A stretch of 64,000 bases of DNA from Octopus vulgaris (taxonomy: Eukaryota): NCBI GenBank assembly GCA_951406725.2, contig OX597814.1:15004001-15068000 (forward strand), read 5' to 3'. The translations under genes were made by a program, and so were the position numbers. The stretch's first letter is position 1. The number at the start of each line of letters is the position of its first letter. Positions 12,807 through 23,369 of the stretch are shown here, piece after piece. The notes below the pieces were generated by a model. The model did not search any database, had not been told where the DNA came from, and saw nothing but the letters and a program-made list of their open reading frames with translations.

Positions 12807-13593
12807 GCGTCAGTTGGGCACCATCTGTGAGAAAAACAGCACCATGACGCAATTCGATCTGCCAGTAATTTCGAAACGACATGCTGTACAGCTAGGCATT
12901 CGCGCCGGAAGCTCCAATGCGAACATTTCAGAGTGTTTGTGTCTCAATATAATGACAGTGCAATCTGAGGCCATGTACCGAAAGTGATAAAGATCAAACG
13001 TTCAGTCAACATCATGGTGTTTGAAGTGATCACCGGTGATGGTGACATTATGCCTCCAATCATCTTCCCACACAACCTCACACGGTGGCCTACATCAAGT
13101 GCCTGGAGGAAGTAACGTTGCTCTGTGTCAAGAGGGTGGCTGCTGGAAGAACCTTTGTCAGACAACAGGACTCTGTACCATACCACACAAGGAAGAGAAA
13201 CCAATCATGGCTGTCAGACAATTTCTGCGACCACATCACCCCTAACATCTGGCCACCTAACACCCCAGCCTACAGTCCCTTGATTATTACGTGTGCGGTA
13301 CAGTTGAGCGAAAGATCAACAAAACTCCTTGTGATACCAAAGATGAACTGAAGGCAAGTATTATGGCAGCATTCACCGATTTAAACAAGGAGACATCCAG
13401 AATATTTGCAGAAGATTCCAAAGTCGTCTGGAGACGGTGGTTGAGGCCAATGGCAATTTCATTGAATAAATTTACTCTTTAGTATTTCAACATTTTTAAA
13501 ATGTAATTTTCGTAAAAATATCTGTTAAAATGAGATGTCAGTGTTATTTTCATGTTTGCGTAATTTAGACAACAGCTTATTCATTGCACCCTG
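12807..13593 (+). mobile_element. Internally deleted Tc1/mariner-superfamily DNA transposon
   Basis: Frameshifted transposase: VMVF..I..DG..MPP, FVRQQDSVPYH (QQD-AP-H) and WPPNTPAYSPLDYYV (WPP.SPDLNPLDY). Right end reads ...ttgcaccctg-TA. Confidence 0.85.
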
Positions 13594-13921
13594 TACACAC
13601 ACGCGCACGCACACGCACACACACATATGTACGTACATATAGGTATGCTTGGAAAATTTCAGAAGCTTATATAGATGCATGTATGCAATATTGAACGATA
13701 GATGAATAGATGCTCACTTGTTCGATATACAGTAATAGTAAGAACTAAGAGACGACTCGATAACATTGTATTGTATATATCTACTATAAAGGATTATATT
13801 ATTAGATATATTTAATATTAAGTGCTTTGAGTTTTCTTCAGTTTCTTTCATAGCATCCATATGTATTTAAACTTACACACATACACATATAAATTGAATA
13901 ATGATACACATACATATAAAC

Positions 13922-13922
13922 A

Positions 13923-13953
<31 letters not shown>

Positions 13954-13954
13954 A
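13922..13954 (-). promoter_or_regulatory. Candidate class II AU-rich element (7 overlapping AUUUA) in the 3' UTR of IL-17 gene 2
   Basis: (TAAA)8 on + reads (TTTA)8 on the transcript strand, about 150 nt after the stop and before an ATTAAA at 13811-13816. It could also be an ordinary microsatellite. Confidence 0.4.
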
Positions 13955-14019
13955 CTGAATAACGACATACATAAATACATACATACATACATACATACAT
14001 ACATACATACATACATACA

Positions 14020-14050
<31 letters not shown>

Positions 14051-14104
14051 GCACATATATTTAAATATTCTAGCGGCATTGCCCGCAATAGAATTTTACT
14101 GCTT

Positions 14105-14626
14105 TTACGACTCATATTGTAGCATATTTCTTTCATTAATGACATCAACCTTCCGTACACACACACAGGCTGTGGCTACTTGAATGACCCTTGGTCTGTA
14201 CACATACAAACCACCAACACATTCACCTGTGCGTTTCAGGACAGTCATTGACGTATATACCGTCACACAATGGTTGTTGCTATTGTCCAGACATTTTCTA
14301 CAGCGACACACCACTTTAGTAATTGATGGTGGGAAAATTGTTGAATCATGAGTAACGTTAAGGTGCCAAGGACAGCTTGTGCGTTCACGGATGATATTAT
14401 TATATACAGAAGATGTTGGGTAACTATTATCACTGTTATTCTGTGCTGATTGGTTACTTTCAGCTGGAGCCATTTCACCTGACAGAAAAAAGTTATTGCC
14501 GATCGCTGTGCTGGATAGCTTCTGATATTCGACTTTCAAGTCAGATGGTATATCACATTGGGTAAGCACTGGTGCCGATGTTGCGACTAAGATGTAGTTA
14601 AACATAACCGCAAATTGGATGAGAAC
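14105..14626 (-). CDS. IL17: IL-17-like cytokine gene 2, coding exon 2 (about 178 aa precursor in total)
   Basis: Acceptor tattttctattaaacag|GTT at 14627. Motifs RTSCPW, FPPSITKVVCRCRKC and MTVLKRTGEC..GLYVY..VATACVC. My manual alignment gives 97/152 identities to gene 1 from the first QC onward. Confidence 0.93.
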   Translation of the reverse strand, partial: VLIQFAVMFNYILVATSAPVLTQCDIPSDLKVEYQKLSSTAIGNNFFLSGEMAPAESNQSAQNNSDNSYPTSSVYNNIIRERTSCPWHLNVTHDSTIFPPSITKVVCRCRKCLDNSNNHCVTVYTSMTVLKRTGECVGGLYVYRPRVIQVATACVCVRKVDVINERNMLQYES

Positions 14627-15169
14627 CTGTTTAATAGAAAATATACACACAGATACATGAACAATATCAAAAGTAAGGGTCAAGTACAACAGCAATAGTA
14701 GCAACAGCAATAGAAAAGAAATCGTAGATGAGGGGAAGGTCAAAGTACTGCTGAGAACAAAAATATATTGGGCACTGATATAAACAGTGTTTTAGGCGGG
14801 TCCACATACACATACACATAAGCACACATGTGAAATATATAGATACGCGTTTGCATACGCACACACGCACACACAAGGACACACACACACACACACACAC
14901 TAACACACATACAGACGCACACACACACACACTCACAAACGCATGTGCAGATAAGGATACACATCCTAGAAGGACAGACTAGACTAAGCGGGGCAGGAGG
15001 ATACACGTGGAGGGAAAGGGTCGTTGAAGATGTCACAGATATGTGACGAATGATTTCCGGACATTGGATATGAGATGAAATAAAAACAGTAATAAATGAG
15101 TGAAGATACGCAGACGTGCTGTATCTTTTAACGAAAGCCAGGAACTTTTGAACACTTACTCATATATAT

Positions 15170-15284
<115 letters not shown>

Positions 15285-15456
15285 TATATATATATACGGG
15301 TGTGTGTGATTGTGTATAGAAGAATATGTTAATAAAAGAAATTCCAACCTTGTCTGATTTTCACGTTTCATTTACAATCTTATAATGATATAATATAATA
15401 TAATATAATAAAATAAAATAAAATAAAATAATAGAATGTTAAATGTTCATTCTGAT

Positions 15457-15501
15457 TGAACTAGTACTTTCAGGCATTAAATTCTGCAATCTTCAGGTTC
15501 A
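15457..15501 (-). ncRNA. Minimal type I hammerhead ribozyme motif (Penelope pLTR)
   Basis: Minus strand UGAAC-CUGAAGA-uugcagaauuuaaugccu-GAAA-GUAC-UA-GUUCA: 5-bp stem I, intact CUGANGA/GAAA core, palindromic AGUACU stem III and CUA cleavage triplet. Confidence 0.72.
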
Positions 15502-17430
15502 TGTAGTAGTGGTGACAGTCATGCTTCACAATTTTTGACTGTAGCGAGATGATTAAACCTGTGCCTTAAATACAGCTGTGTAGACTCCAGATTGCTAGGT
15601 TTTGCGAACTGCATTCTGACCAATGAGTGTGTAGTATCACTCAATTACTTAAGCTGATTGGTTGGTTGAGCTGATTGGTTTAGGCGTCACGCTTTGTTGA
15701 ACATGTCAAGAGTCCTGTATCTTAACCCTGGCCGAGGCAGCAATTGTTGGGCTATTTTTAGAAATGGTGTAAATAGCCTTTGTCAGGGTTTTCAATTGAC
15801 ATTATCATCATTGTCAGCACCTTAATTATTGTTGCTAGTGAGGATGGTGGTGGCAATAGAACTTTTAATCCTAAATAAGATAATTTTCCTGCTATCTTCA
15901 TCTTGATCACCTTTAGTATTGTTGTTGTTGTTAGTGGTCATGGTCATAGCAGTAGAAGTAGTACCTCTAAGTATTATTATTATTGCTTATTTAGCTTGGG
16001 TTCGAATTTATCAATAAAATTATTTTCTCTGATTTTCCTCTCGATTTCACTTGGGCTGTGTAATTTGTAGAATGGAAATATTATATATATATTTCCGACC
16101 ATGTTGCTAGGTGGTTACTCAAAGGTATCTGACGGACCTCTGGGTCTCTAATCTGTTGTCGGTGTACACGTGAGCGTTCTGATAGTGCATTTCCCGTCTG
16201 ACCTACATATATTTCTTCACAATTTGAGTATTTGATGCAGTAAATTAAATTTCTGCTTTTGCAGTTCATATTCGCGTTTGTGAATATTTTCCCGGTTTTT
16301 GTGTTTATATATTGGCCGGTATGTATGAATTGGCATGTGCCACATCGGCTATCATTGCATTTAGATACAGTGAATGTTTGGACTTTGTTGCTAAGGTCAA
16401 ATTTTGCCTTTGTTAGTAATTTTTTCAAGTTTTTAGGCTGTCTTTTACTAAGAACCATAGCTCGATCCGTGATTATGTCTTTTAATTCATTAATTTGAGC
16501 AATGATTGGTAGGTTTGCTTTGGCTATGTTGAAGATATTCTGGTGACATGGGTTGTGTGTCACTATGAATGGTATGACTTGTTCTTGTTTTCCTCTTCCT
16601 TGGGTTGTCCTAAGTTGTATGGGTATTTTTAAAGCCCGCTGTATGCCATTTTCTATAAGTAGAGATTGATATTTTTGTTTGAGCAAAAATTCTCTTAGTT
16701 CTGTTAGGCGTTTGTTCCTGATATTTGCATCTTATATAATGGTACAAATTCTTCTGGCTAGACAGAATGGGATGTTGCATTTTGTATGTGGTGGATGGCA
16801 CGACTTAAAATTCAGGTATTGCTGTGTGTCTGTGTGTTTATAGTATATATCTGTGGTGATGGTGGTGTCTTTTTTAATTACCATTATATCTAGGAATGGT
16901 AATTTGGTACTACTCATCTCCTTTGTAAATTGGATAGATGGGTGTAGGTTGTTCAGGAGGATATTGAACTCTTCCAGAGTATTTAGATATTCTGTCCAGA
17001 TTATGAAGCAGTCGTCAAGGTATCTCTTCCATGCCTTTTCAATATACTTTCTAAATCCAGTGCCATAGTTTACCTCTACCTTTTGGTAGAGTTGTTGTTC
17101 TAAGTATCCCACGATTTAGGAATACAGGCGATTAAATACTGGTTAGAAAAACAGAGACGTGATTCCCAACAGATTCACAGTGCCATTTATTTTAGACACA
17201 GTCAAACTTATTCTAGAAAACAACACATTCTTCTTCAATGGAAAGAATTACATACATATTAGAGGCACGGCGATGAGAACGAGGTTTGCTCCCGTTTACG
17301 CCAACTCTGTAATGGGATACTTAGAACAACAACTCTACCAGGAGGTGGAGGTAAACTATGCCAAAACCTAGCAAACTGGAGCCTACACAGCTGTATTTAA
17401 GGCACATATTTAATCATCTCGCTACAGTCA

Positions 17431-17474
17431 AAACCCGAAGATTGCAGAATTTAATGCATGAAAGTACTAGTTCA
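17431..17474 (+). ncRNA. Mutated copy of the hammerhead motif (core CCGAAGA, stem I partly deleted)
   Basis: aaac-CCGAAGA-ttgcagaatttaatgcat-GAAA-gtac-ta-gttca in the inverted pLTR. Confidence 0.55.
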
Positions 17475-17655
17475 ATCAGAATGAACATTTAACATTCTAT
17501 TATTTTATTTTAGTTTATTATATTATAATATCTTATATTATATTATTATAAGATTGTAAATAAAACGTGAAAATCAGACAAGGTTGGAATTCCTTTTATT
17601 AATATATATATACATATATATATATACATACAAACATATATACATATATATATAT

Positions 17656-17742
<87 letters not shown>

Positions 17743-17927
17743 ATATTAAATTAGAGATAAAACCACTATTAGGCAAATCAAACAGTGAAAATCAGAAGCC
17801 AATACATAGAAATAAAATTAATTAAAAAAATATAAAATTTAAAATATAAAAAAGATAAATTCCAAAATAAAATATTTAAATTAAAGTTAAAATTTTAAAA
17901 ATCATTTAAATAATTTAAACTTATAAA

Positions 17928-17975
<48 letters not shown>

Positions 17976-18090
17976 TTATTTTTATTATTATTTTTTAAAT
18001 TTTATTTTGTCTATTTATTTATTTATGTTTTTTAAAATTATATAACTATCAAAAAGTATTAAAAGTTTAAAATAAGATAAAGAGTGAAAA

Positions 18091-18188
18091 CACTACCATC
18101 GTTTCATGCCAGTAACCAATTCGAATAACAATAATTTAAATTCAATTAATAATTCGAATTATGGTTACAGTCAATCTTCAGGTTAATA
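18091..18188 (-). ncRNA. Degenerate hammerhead motif with a long stem II
   Basis: Minus strand uauuaac-CUGAAGA-[guaacc..aauucgaau / auucgaauu.gguuac hairpin]-GAAA-cgau-gguagug; the cleavage site is eroded. Confidence 0.5.
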
Positions 18189-18707
18189 ATATTTTAATAA
18201 ATAATCAGAAATATTTAAACAATATTTTAAAGAAATAAATAATATTATAATTTTACTTATAAAAAACTCTATTACCAAAGTAGAAACTTGACGATTATGA
18301 TTATATCAAAACATCGATTATAATGTTAAATATTAATTTTGATTATAAGTATTAACTTTTAAGTTAAGAAACCCATGAATAATCTAATATCAGTAATAGT
18401 CAATATCTAATTACATAAATATTTTACAAAAAACCTATTATATTATTAAAAATATAAAATTGAAATAATATATAAATTATCAATGAAAATATATAAATGT
18501 ATATAAATATTATAATTAAGATCTAAAATAATCTCTATAAATAAATATATATGCACATATAATAAAGACCTAATAAATTAATTTTTCATATTTAAAGATG
18601 AAATAGCTAATTTCAAAAATACTAACAAACAATCTTAAACGAACGCTATAGCAAATTTACTATCTTTATATCTCGTTGGCTAAATAATAACGTTCAGAAA
18701 TCTTATA

Positions 18708-19100
18708 TCTCTCTATATATAAAGCTGAAGTTGTCCGTGTGTGGCAGGTTTGGTAGCCTTCAACTAACACTATCTCCTCTGAGACCCTGCGGCGCACGTT
18801 GACCAAAATTGAGAGTATGTTAGAAGGAGGCTTGCTCTTCCTTCCGTAGAAGAAAAAATTCAAATCGGACCATGTTAACACTAAAAATTATTTACATCAA
18901 AAAGGTGCCTTTTTTTCTATGAAAATCCCTATTGTTTACGATTTGTTTACTGCTGTGTCGCCATCTTTCGGTGTATTTCAACCAGAAAAATGTTCACTTA
19001 AAGAGAATAACAAGCTGCATGGTGCAAAACTTTTACTTGTCAAAACTTCCAATTCTAAAGGGTCGAAACACACCCGAGCAACGCCGGGCGATACTGCTAG
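18708..19100 (+). mobile_element. Non-autonomous Helitron
   Basis: Starts A|TCTCTCTATATATAAA; ends with hairpin CCCGAGC-AAC-GCCGGG (19073-19088) followed by CTAG|T. It is an AT-target insertion with no TSD, GC-richer than its flanks. Confidence 0.82.
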
Positions 19101-20186
19101 TTTAAAATATTTAAAGAAATAATCAATTCGTAGTTATATAGTATCAAATAAATACTATAAATATATTTATCAATGAGAATAATAAAACTAGCAAATATCA
19201 ATTTAAAAAGACAATATATAAGTTAAAATAATAATTATAAGAAATTTAAAACTACAATTAATGCTATTAATACATGTATATACATAAACCTAACTTTAAA
19301 CAACTCGTATACTTGCTATCAAACAACATATCTATCGCTAAGTAAATTCTTACGAATAAACTTAAAGTTAATATCTAATAATTATATAGAAAATTACGAT
19401 AATTAGATCATTACATAAACAACGATATTTACATAAAAACAATATTATTACACCATAAGTCTTATAAAATATTAAAATTTAAAGATCTTAAATATAAATA
19501 TATACTTAGTTTAGCGAGGTTTTGTGATGAACTATATATACATATACATATATATACACGTACATAAACATATACACATATATACATACACACACACAGA
19601 AACACATATATCATATAAATAAATACGTATATAAATGTCTATATTCAAACTTCAATACAAACATTGAGGTAAACATTAAGTTTAATCTATATACTCAATC
19701 TTACTAATCTATACTTCTATATTAAATAAAATAGATTAAATAAACATCCAAATAAATCTATTTCAAATATAAAGAAATTACATACATATATATTAATGTA
19801 ACAAAATTATAATTTAACAAAATTATAACAGAAATATAACAAAATATATAAACTTAACGTTATTATAATATAAATATATCATGTTATTAATACTTAAATA
19901 TATACTAATTAATAATAAATTAATCTAATTAAATAGGTAAATTAATATAATGATAGATCAAATGCATTATTCAATAATAGAATAAGTTATCATTATAAAA
20001 AAATTATCCTATACCTACAAAATTGTAACTTTCCAAACTCTATATTCAATAAACCATTAAATATTTAGTAATAAAATAAACAACTAAATATAATCTAACT
20101 ATAAGTAAATACAGAACCTAAATAACTAAAATAAACTAATACAAATCTCATAAAAAATAAAAAATTAGAAACACAACACTAGTATA

Positions 20187-20351
20187 GGCGCAGGAGTGAC
20201 TGTGTGGTAAGTAGCTTGTCTACCAACCACATGGTTCCGGGTTCAGTCCCACTGCGTGGCACCTTGGGCAAGTGTCTTCTACTATAGCCTCGGGCCGACC
20301 AAAGCCTTGTGAGTGGATTTGGTAGACGGAAACTGAAAGAAGCCCATCGTA

Positions 20352-20382
<31 letters not shown>

Positions 20383-20619
20383 GCGTGTGTGTGTTTGTGT
20401 GTCTGTGTTTGTCCCCTAGCATTGCTTGACAACCGATGCTGGTGTGTTTATGTCCCCGTTACTTAGCGGTTCGGCAAAAGAGACCGATAGAATAAGTACT
20501 GGGCTTACAAAAGAATAAGTCCCGGGGTCGAGTTGCTCGATTAAAGGCGGTGCTCCAGCATGGCCGCAGTCAAATGACTGAAACAAGTAAAAAAGTAAAA
20601 GAGTAAAAGAGTAAAGAGT
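20187..20619 (+). mobile_element. SINE family A, full length
   Basis: Near-identical to 7816-8231. Confidence 0.9.
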
Positions 20620-20834
20620 ATGAAGTAATGTATTTATATATTACATTATTCATTTAATATAACATATAAAAAATATTAAAAAATATAAAAAGAAAAAAAA
20701 ACTGTGTTAAGTTCTATAAATCACCTACTATATTTTAGAATACTATTACAAAATCAACAAATAAGGAGCTAATTAGGGCTAAGAAATATTCATTATTTAT
20801 CTAGAAATTTATTATATAATAGAAATATGTTGCA

Positions 20835-21104
20835 AAAACGAAATTGTGGTACAGATTCTTTTCGTTAAATTATAAGGTATATTAATTTTTATGTGTTTGG
20901 GGTGGCATGAGTTGAATAATAGGTATGTTTTACAATCTGTGGGGTTATAGATGTCTGTTTCGATGTGGTTATTGACTATTTTGATTAGGATGTCAAGAAA
21001 AGGGAGTTGTTTATCGGTGTGTTCCATGACGAATTGTACGTTGCTATTAATATTGTTAAGCATTATTTTGAAATCAAGGAGTTTGTCCATGCTGTCTTTC
21101 CAAA
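20835..21104 (-). mobile_element. Penelope-like RT fragment
   Basis: QLPFLDILIK..IETDIYNPTD..YLLFNSCHPKHIKINIPYNLTKRICT, homologous to 16732-17112. Confidence 0.85.
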
Positions 21105-21110
21105 GTATAT

Positions 21111-21163
<53 letters not shown>

Positions 21164-21592
21164 GAATAAAACTTTATATATAAAGAACGTGAAATTCACG
21201 AATTGACGAACACGGAAAACAGACAGTCATTCAGAGCCTTCATTCTTCAGTCAGAAACCGATTCATCATGGCAAATTTCGGCTGTTTAATTCTGAGATTT
21301 GCTCCAAAACGGCCAGCCCCAAGGAAAAGCTAAGCTATGGGCATTAGATTTCCTTGATAGAAGGAAAGAATGTGACAACAGAATAGGAAAACAAGAGACG
21401 AAGATAAAATTGGAAACAGTAACGAATAGAAACAGGAATGACTTTGAGACAAAATGGGACAAAAACAATTGATCAGCAAGCGTGGGAAGCGATTACCTTT
21501 TCGGTAGAGATGACATACTCGTATGTAATCAAAATAGAAATGCGGTGTCATAAAAATCTATTAGATAATGTCATGCCAGAATGGTTACTTAC

Positions 21593-21607
21593 TTTCACTA
21601 ACACCAT
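21593..21607 (-). CDS. IL17: IL-17-like gene 2, coding exon 1 (MVLVK)
   Basis: Minus strand ATG GTG TTA GTG AAA|GTAAGT, phase 0. It has the same 5-codon ...AAA|GTAAGT layout as gene 1 and gives the signal peptide MVLVK-VLIQFAVMFNYILVATSA. Confidence 0.72.
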
Positions 21608-21771
21608 TATGCTGCTTCTACAAATCGGAATGGTAAAATGGACGTTAATAGGCTAAGTTTGAAAAAATGAAATCTATATGTTAGATCAGTTTTCGTTGTT
21701 GGATATCTTGTTAGTAATATTATCTCCTGCGGGTTAGCTTTTATTCAAATGAATGAATAAATGAATTTATG

Positions 21772-21779
21772 TATTTATA
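21772..21779 (-). promoter_or_regulatory. TATA box of IL-17-like gene 2
   Basis: TATAAATA on minus, 172 nt upstream of the ATG at 21607; a weaker kB-like GGGAATTCGT lies at 21901-21910. Confidence 0.5.
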
Positions 21780-22145
21780 TATGTAATATTGGACACAGCG
21801 ACAATTATTCCACTGTGACTTATCATGATGCGAATTTATGAATAGAAAGCAGAAGTGACTTGTAAAATCACAGAGTATTTTCCAATTTTACATCCGGTAA
21901 GGGAATTCGTCGGACGAAATTGTTAAGCAACAATACAGACAATTGTTTTGACCTATATAACTAATATGCAGTCCAGTAGAGGAAATAATTGAAGTTATTA
22001 TTGCATAACATCCACTGAGATATTGGTAATTTGCATTTTATTCCGTAACGTATGTTTATGGAAGCGTAAAGACACTTCCCAAAGATGCATAAATATCAAA
22101 ACTTAGAATGCCTTGGGTACTTTTTAGTTCTATTTTTAAAATACT

Positions 22146-22205
<60 letters not shown>

Positions 22206-22814
22206 GCCTCTCTGTATTTGTGTACCTTAGATGGATTTGAAGATCCGAATGTTCTAGTTCAATAGGAAGCATGAAGATTCATAGAGTAGCACAAAATGCA
22301 TCTCGTAGAAAACCTTTTCTAGCACTACCCATACAATTCATATCTAGAACGTGCTTTGGAAGTAATTTCAAATAATCGTATTTTATATATATATTGCTAA
22401 ATTAGGTGATGTGTAATACAACATACAGTGTAACATGCGGTATAATATGTAATAATTATCTCTTTAGGTCGCAGGAAATGCGACGAAAATTTTAAATGGC
22501 GTATATAAGTATTCTACGCTGTTAAATTATTTCTGAATAAAATGTTTCTAATTTTAGAGCTAAAACCAAAAATTTGAACGCAAATTAGGAAGTATTTATT
22601 TTATGAAAGAAAACTAAATCGTACAAAATTAGACCAGGTGCGCAAATTTCTTGAACAGTAATTAGATGTGAATCAGCAGGTGACATACTAGCTGAAATAT
22701 AGATAATCGGAAAGACGATATCAAATTCGTATGAAGTTGAATAGAACCAGCCAAATGGAATTTGCAGCTATTCTAGGGTTGTATTATACTCTACAAAAAC
22801 GTTTAGAATGAGGA

Positions 22815-22968
22815 AATTCTGCCGAGGTCGACCCTGGCTTGCATCTTTTCGGGGTTAATTAAATAAGTACCAGTTACGCACTGGGTCGATGTAATCGACT
22901 TAATCCCTTTGTCTGTCCTTATTTGTACCCTCCTATGTTTAACCCCCTGTAGGCAATAAAGAAATAAA
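22815..22968 (-). mobile_element. SINE family B, truncated
   Basis: Matches the core and 3' part of family B. It reads in the same direction as 5535-5770 on +, so the listed orientation is uncertain. Confidence 0.6.
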
Positions 22969-23369
22969 TTGCACACGCTCACACACAAACATAAACACAC
23001 ACACTCACAAACACACACACACACACACATATATAAACACATACACTTTTGTTTATATACATACATTTATAATACATAACAAGCGTATGTATGCGTGAAT
23101 ATATATAAATATTAACGGTCGCATATACATAGATTTCATGTTTTATGTTTAAACTTCAATTTACTGCGGTTTAGCGTCTGGACAAATCTTCCAACATTAC
23201 GATGAATATTAACAAAATTCAACACTTACACTTCATGTGTGCCACCGATAGTATTTACCTTAACAAGGCCTTTCATTCGAATTTAGTATTTATGTGTATA
23301 CACAGACACATTCACACACACACGCACACGCATGCACGCACGTATGCATTCATACATAGGCTAATGAGC

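Larger units (their letters stand above)
15329..17603 (-). mobile_element. Penelope-like retroelement (RT + GIY-YIG) with inverted 5' segment and inverted pseudo-LTRs, inside the intron of IL-17 gene 2
   Basis: 16732-17112: WKRYLDDCF, LPFLDIMV, YYKHTDT, SCHPPH (PLE RT). 16081-16686: C..RCGTC, NLIYCIKY..C..IYVGQTG..L.ER (GIY-YIG). 17159-17371 is RT on + (GTAMRTRFAPVYAN). 15329-15604 and 17361-17603 are inverted copies. Confidence 0.92.

Noticed and set aside
14627-14743. N-terminal extension MTFPSSTISFLLLLLLLL... of the 212-aa ORF
   Set aside because: It starts at a non-ATG codon and lies upstream of a good acceptor matching gene 1's exon boundary. It is intronic, and the poly-Leu comes from a (TTG/CTA)-type repeat.
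22271-22291. Possible third IL-17 first exon ATG AAG ATT CAT AGA|GTAGCA on +
   Set aside because: The donor is weak and no IL-17 exon 2 was found downstream on + within the window.
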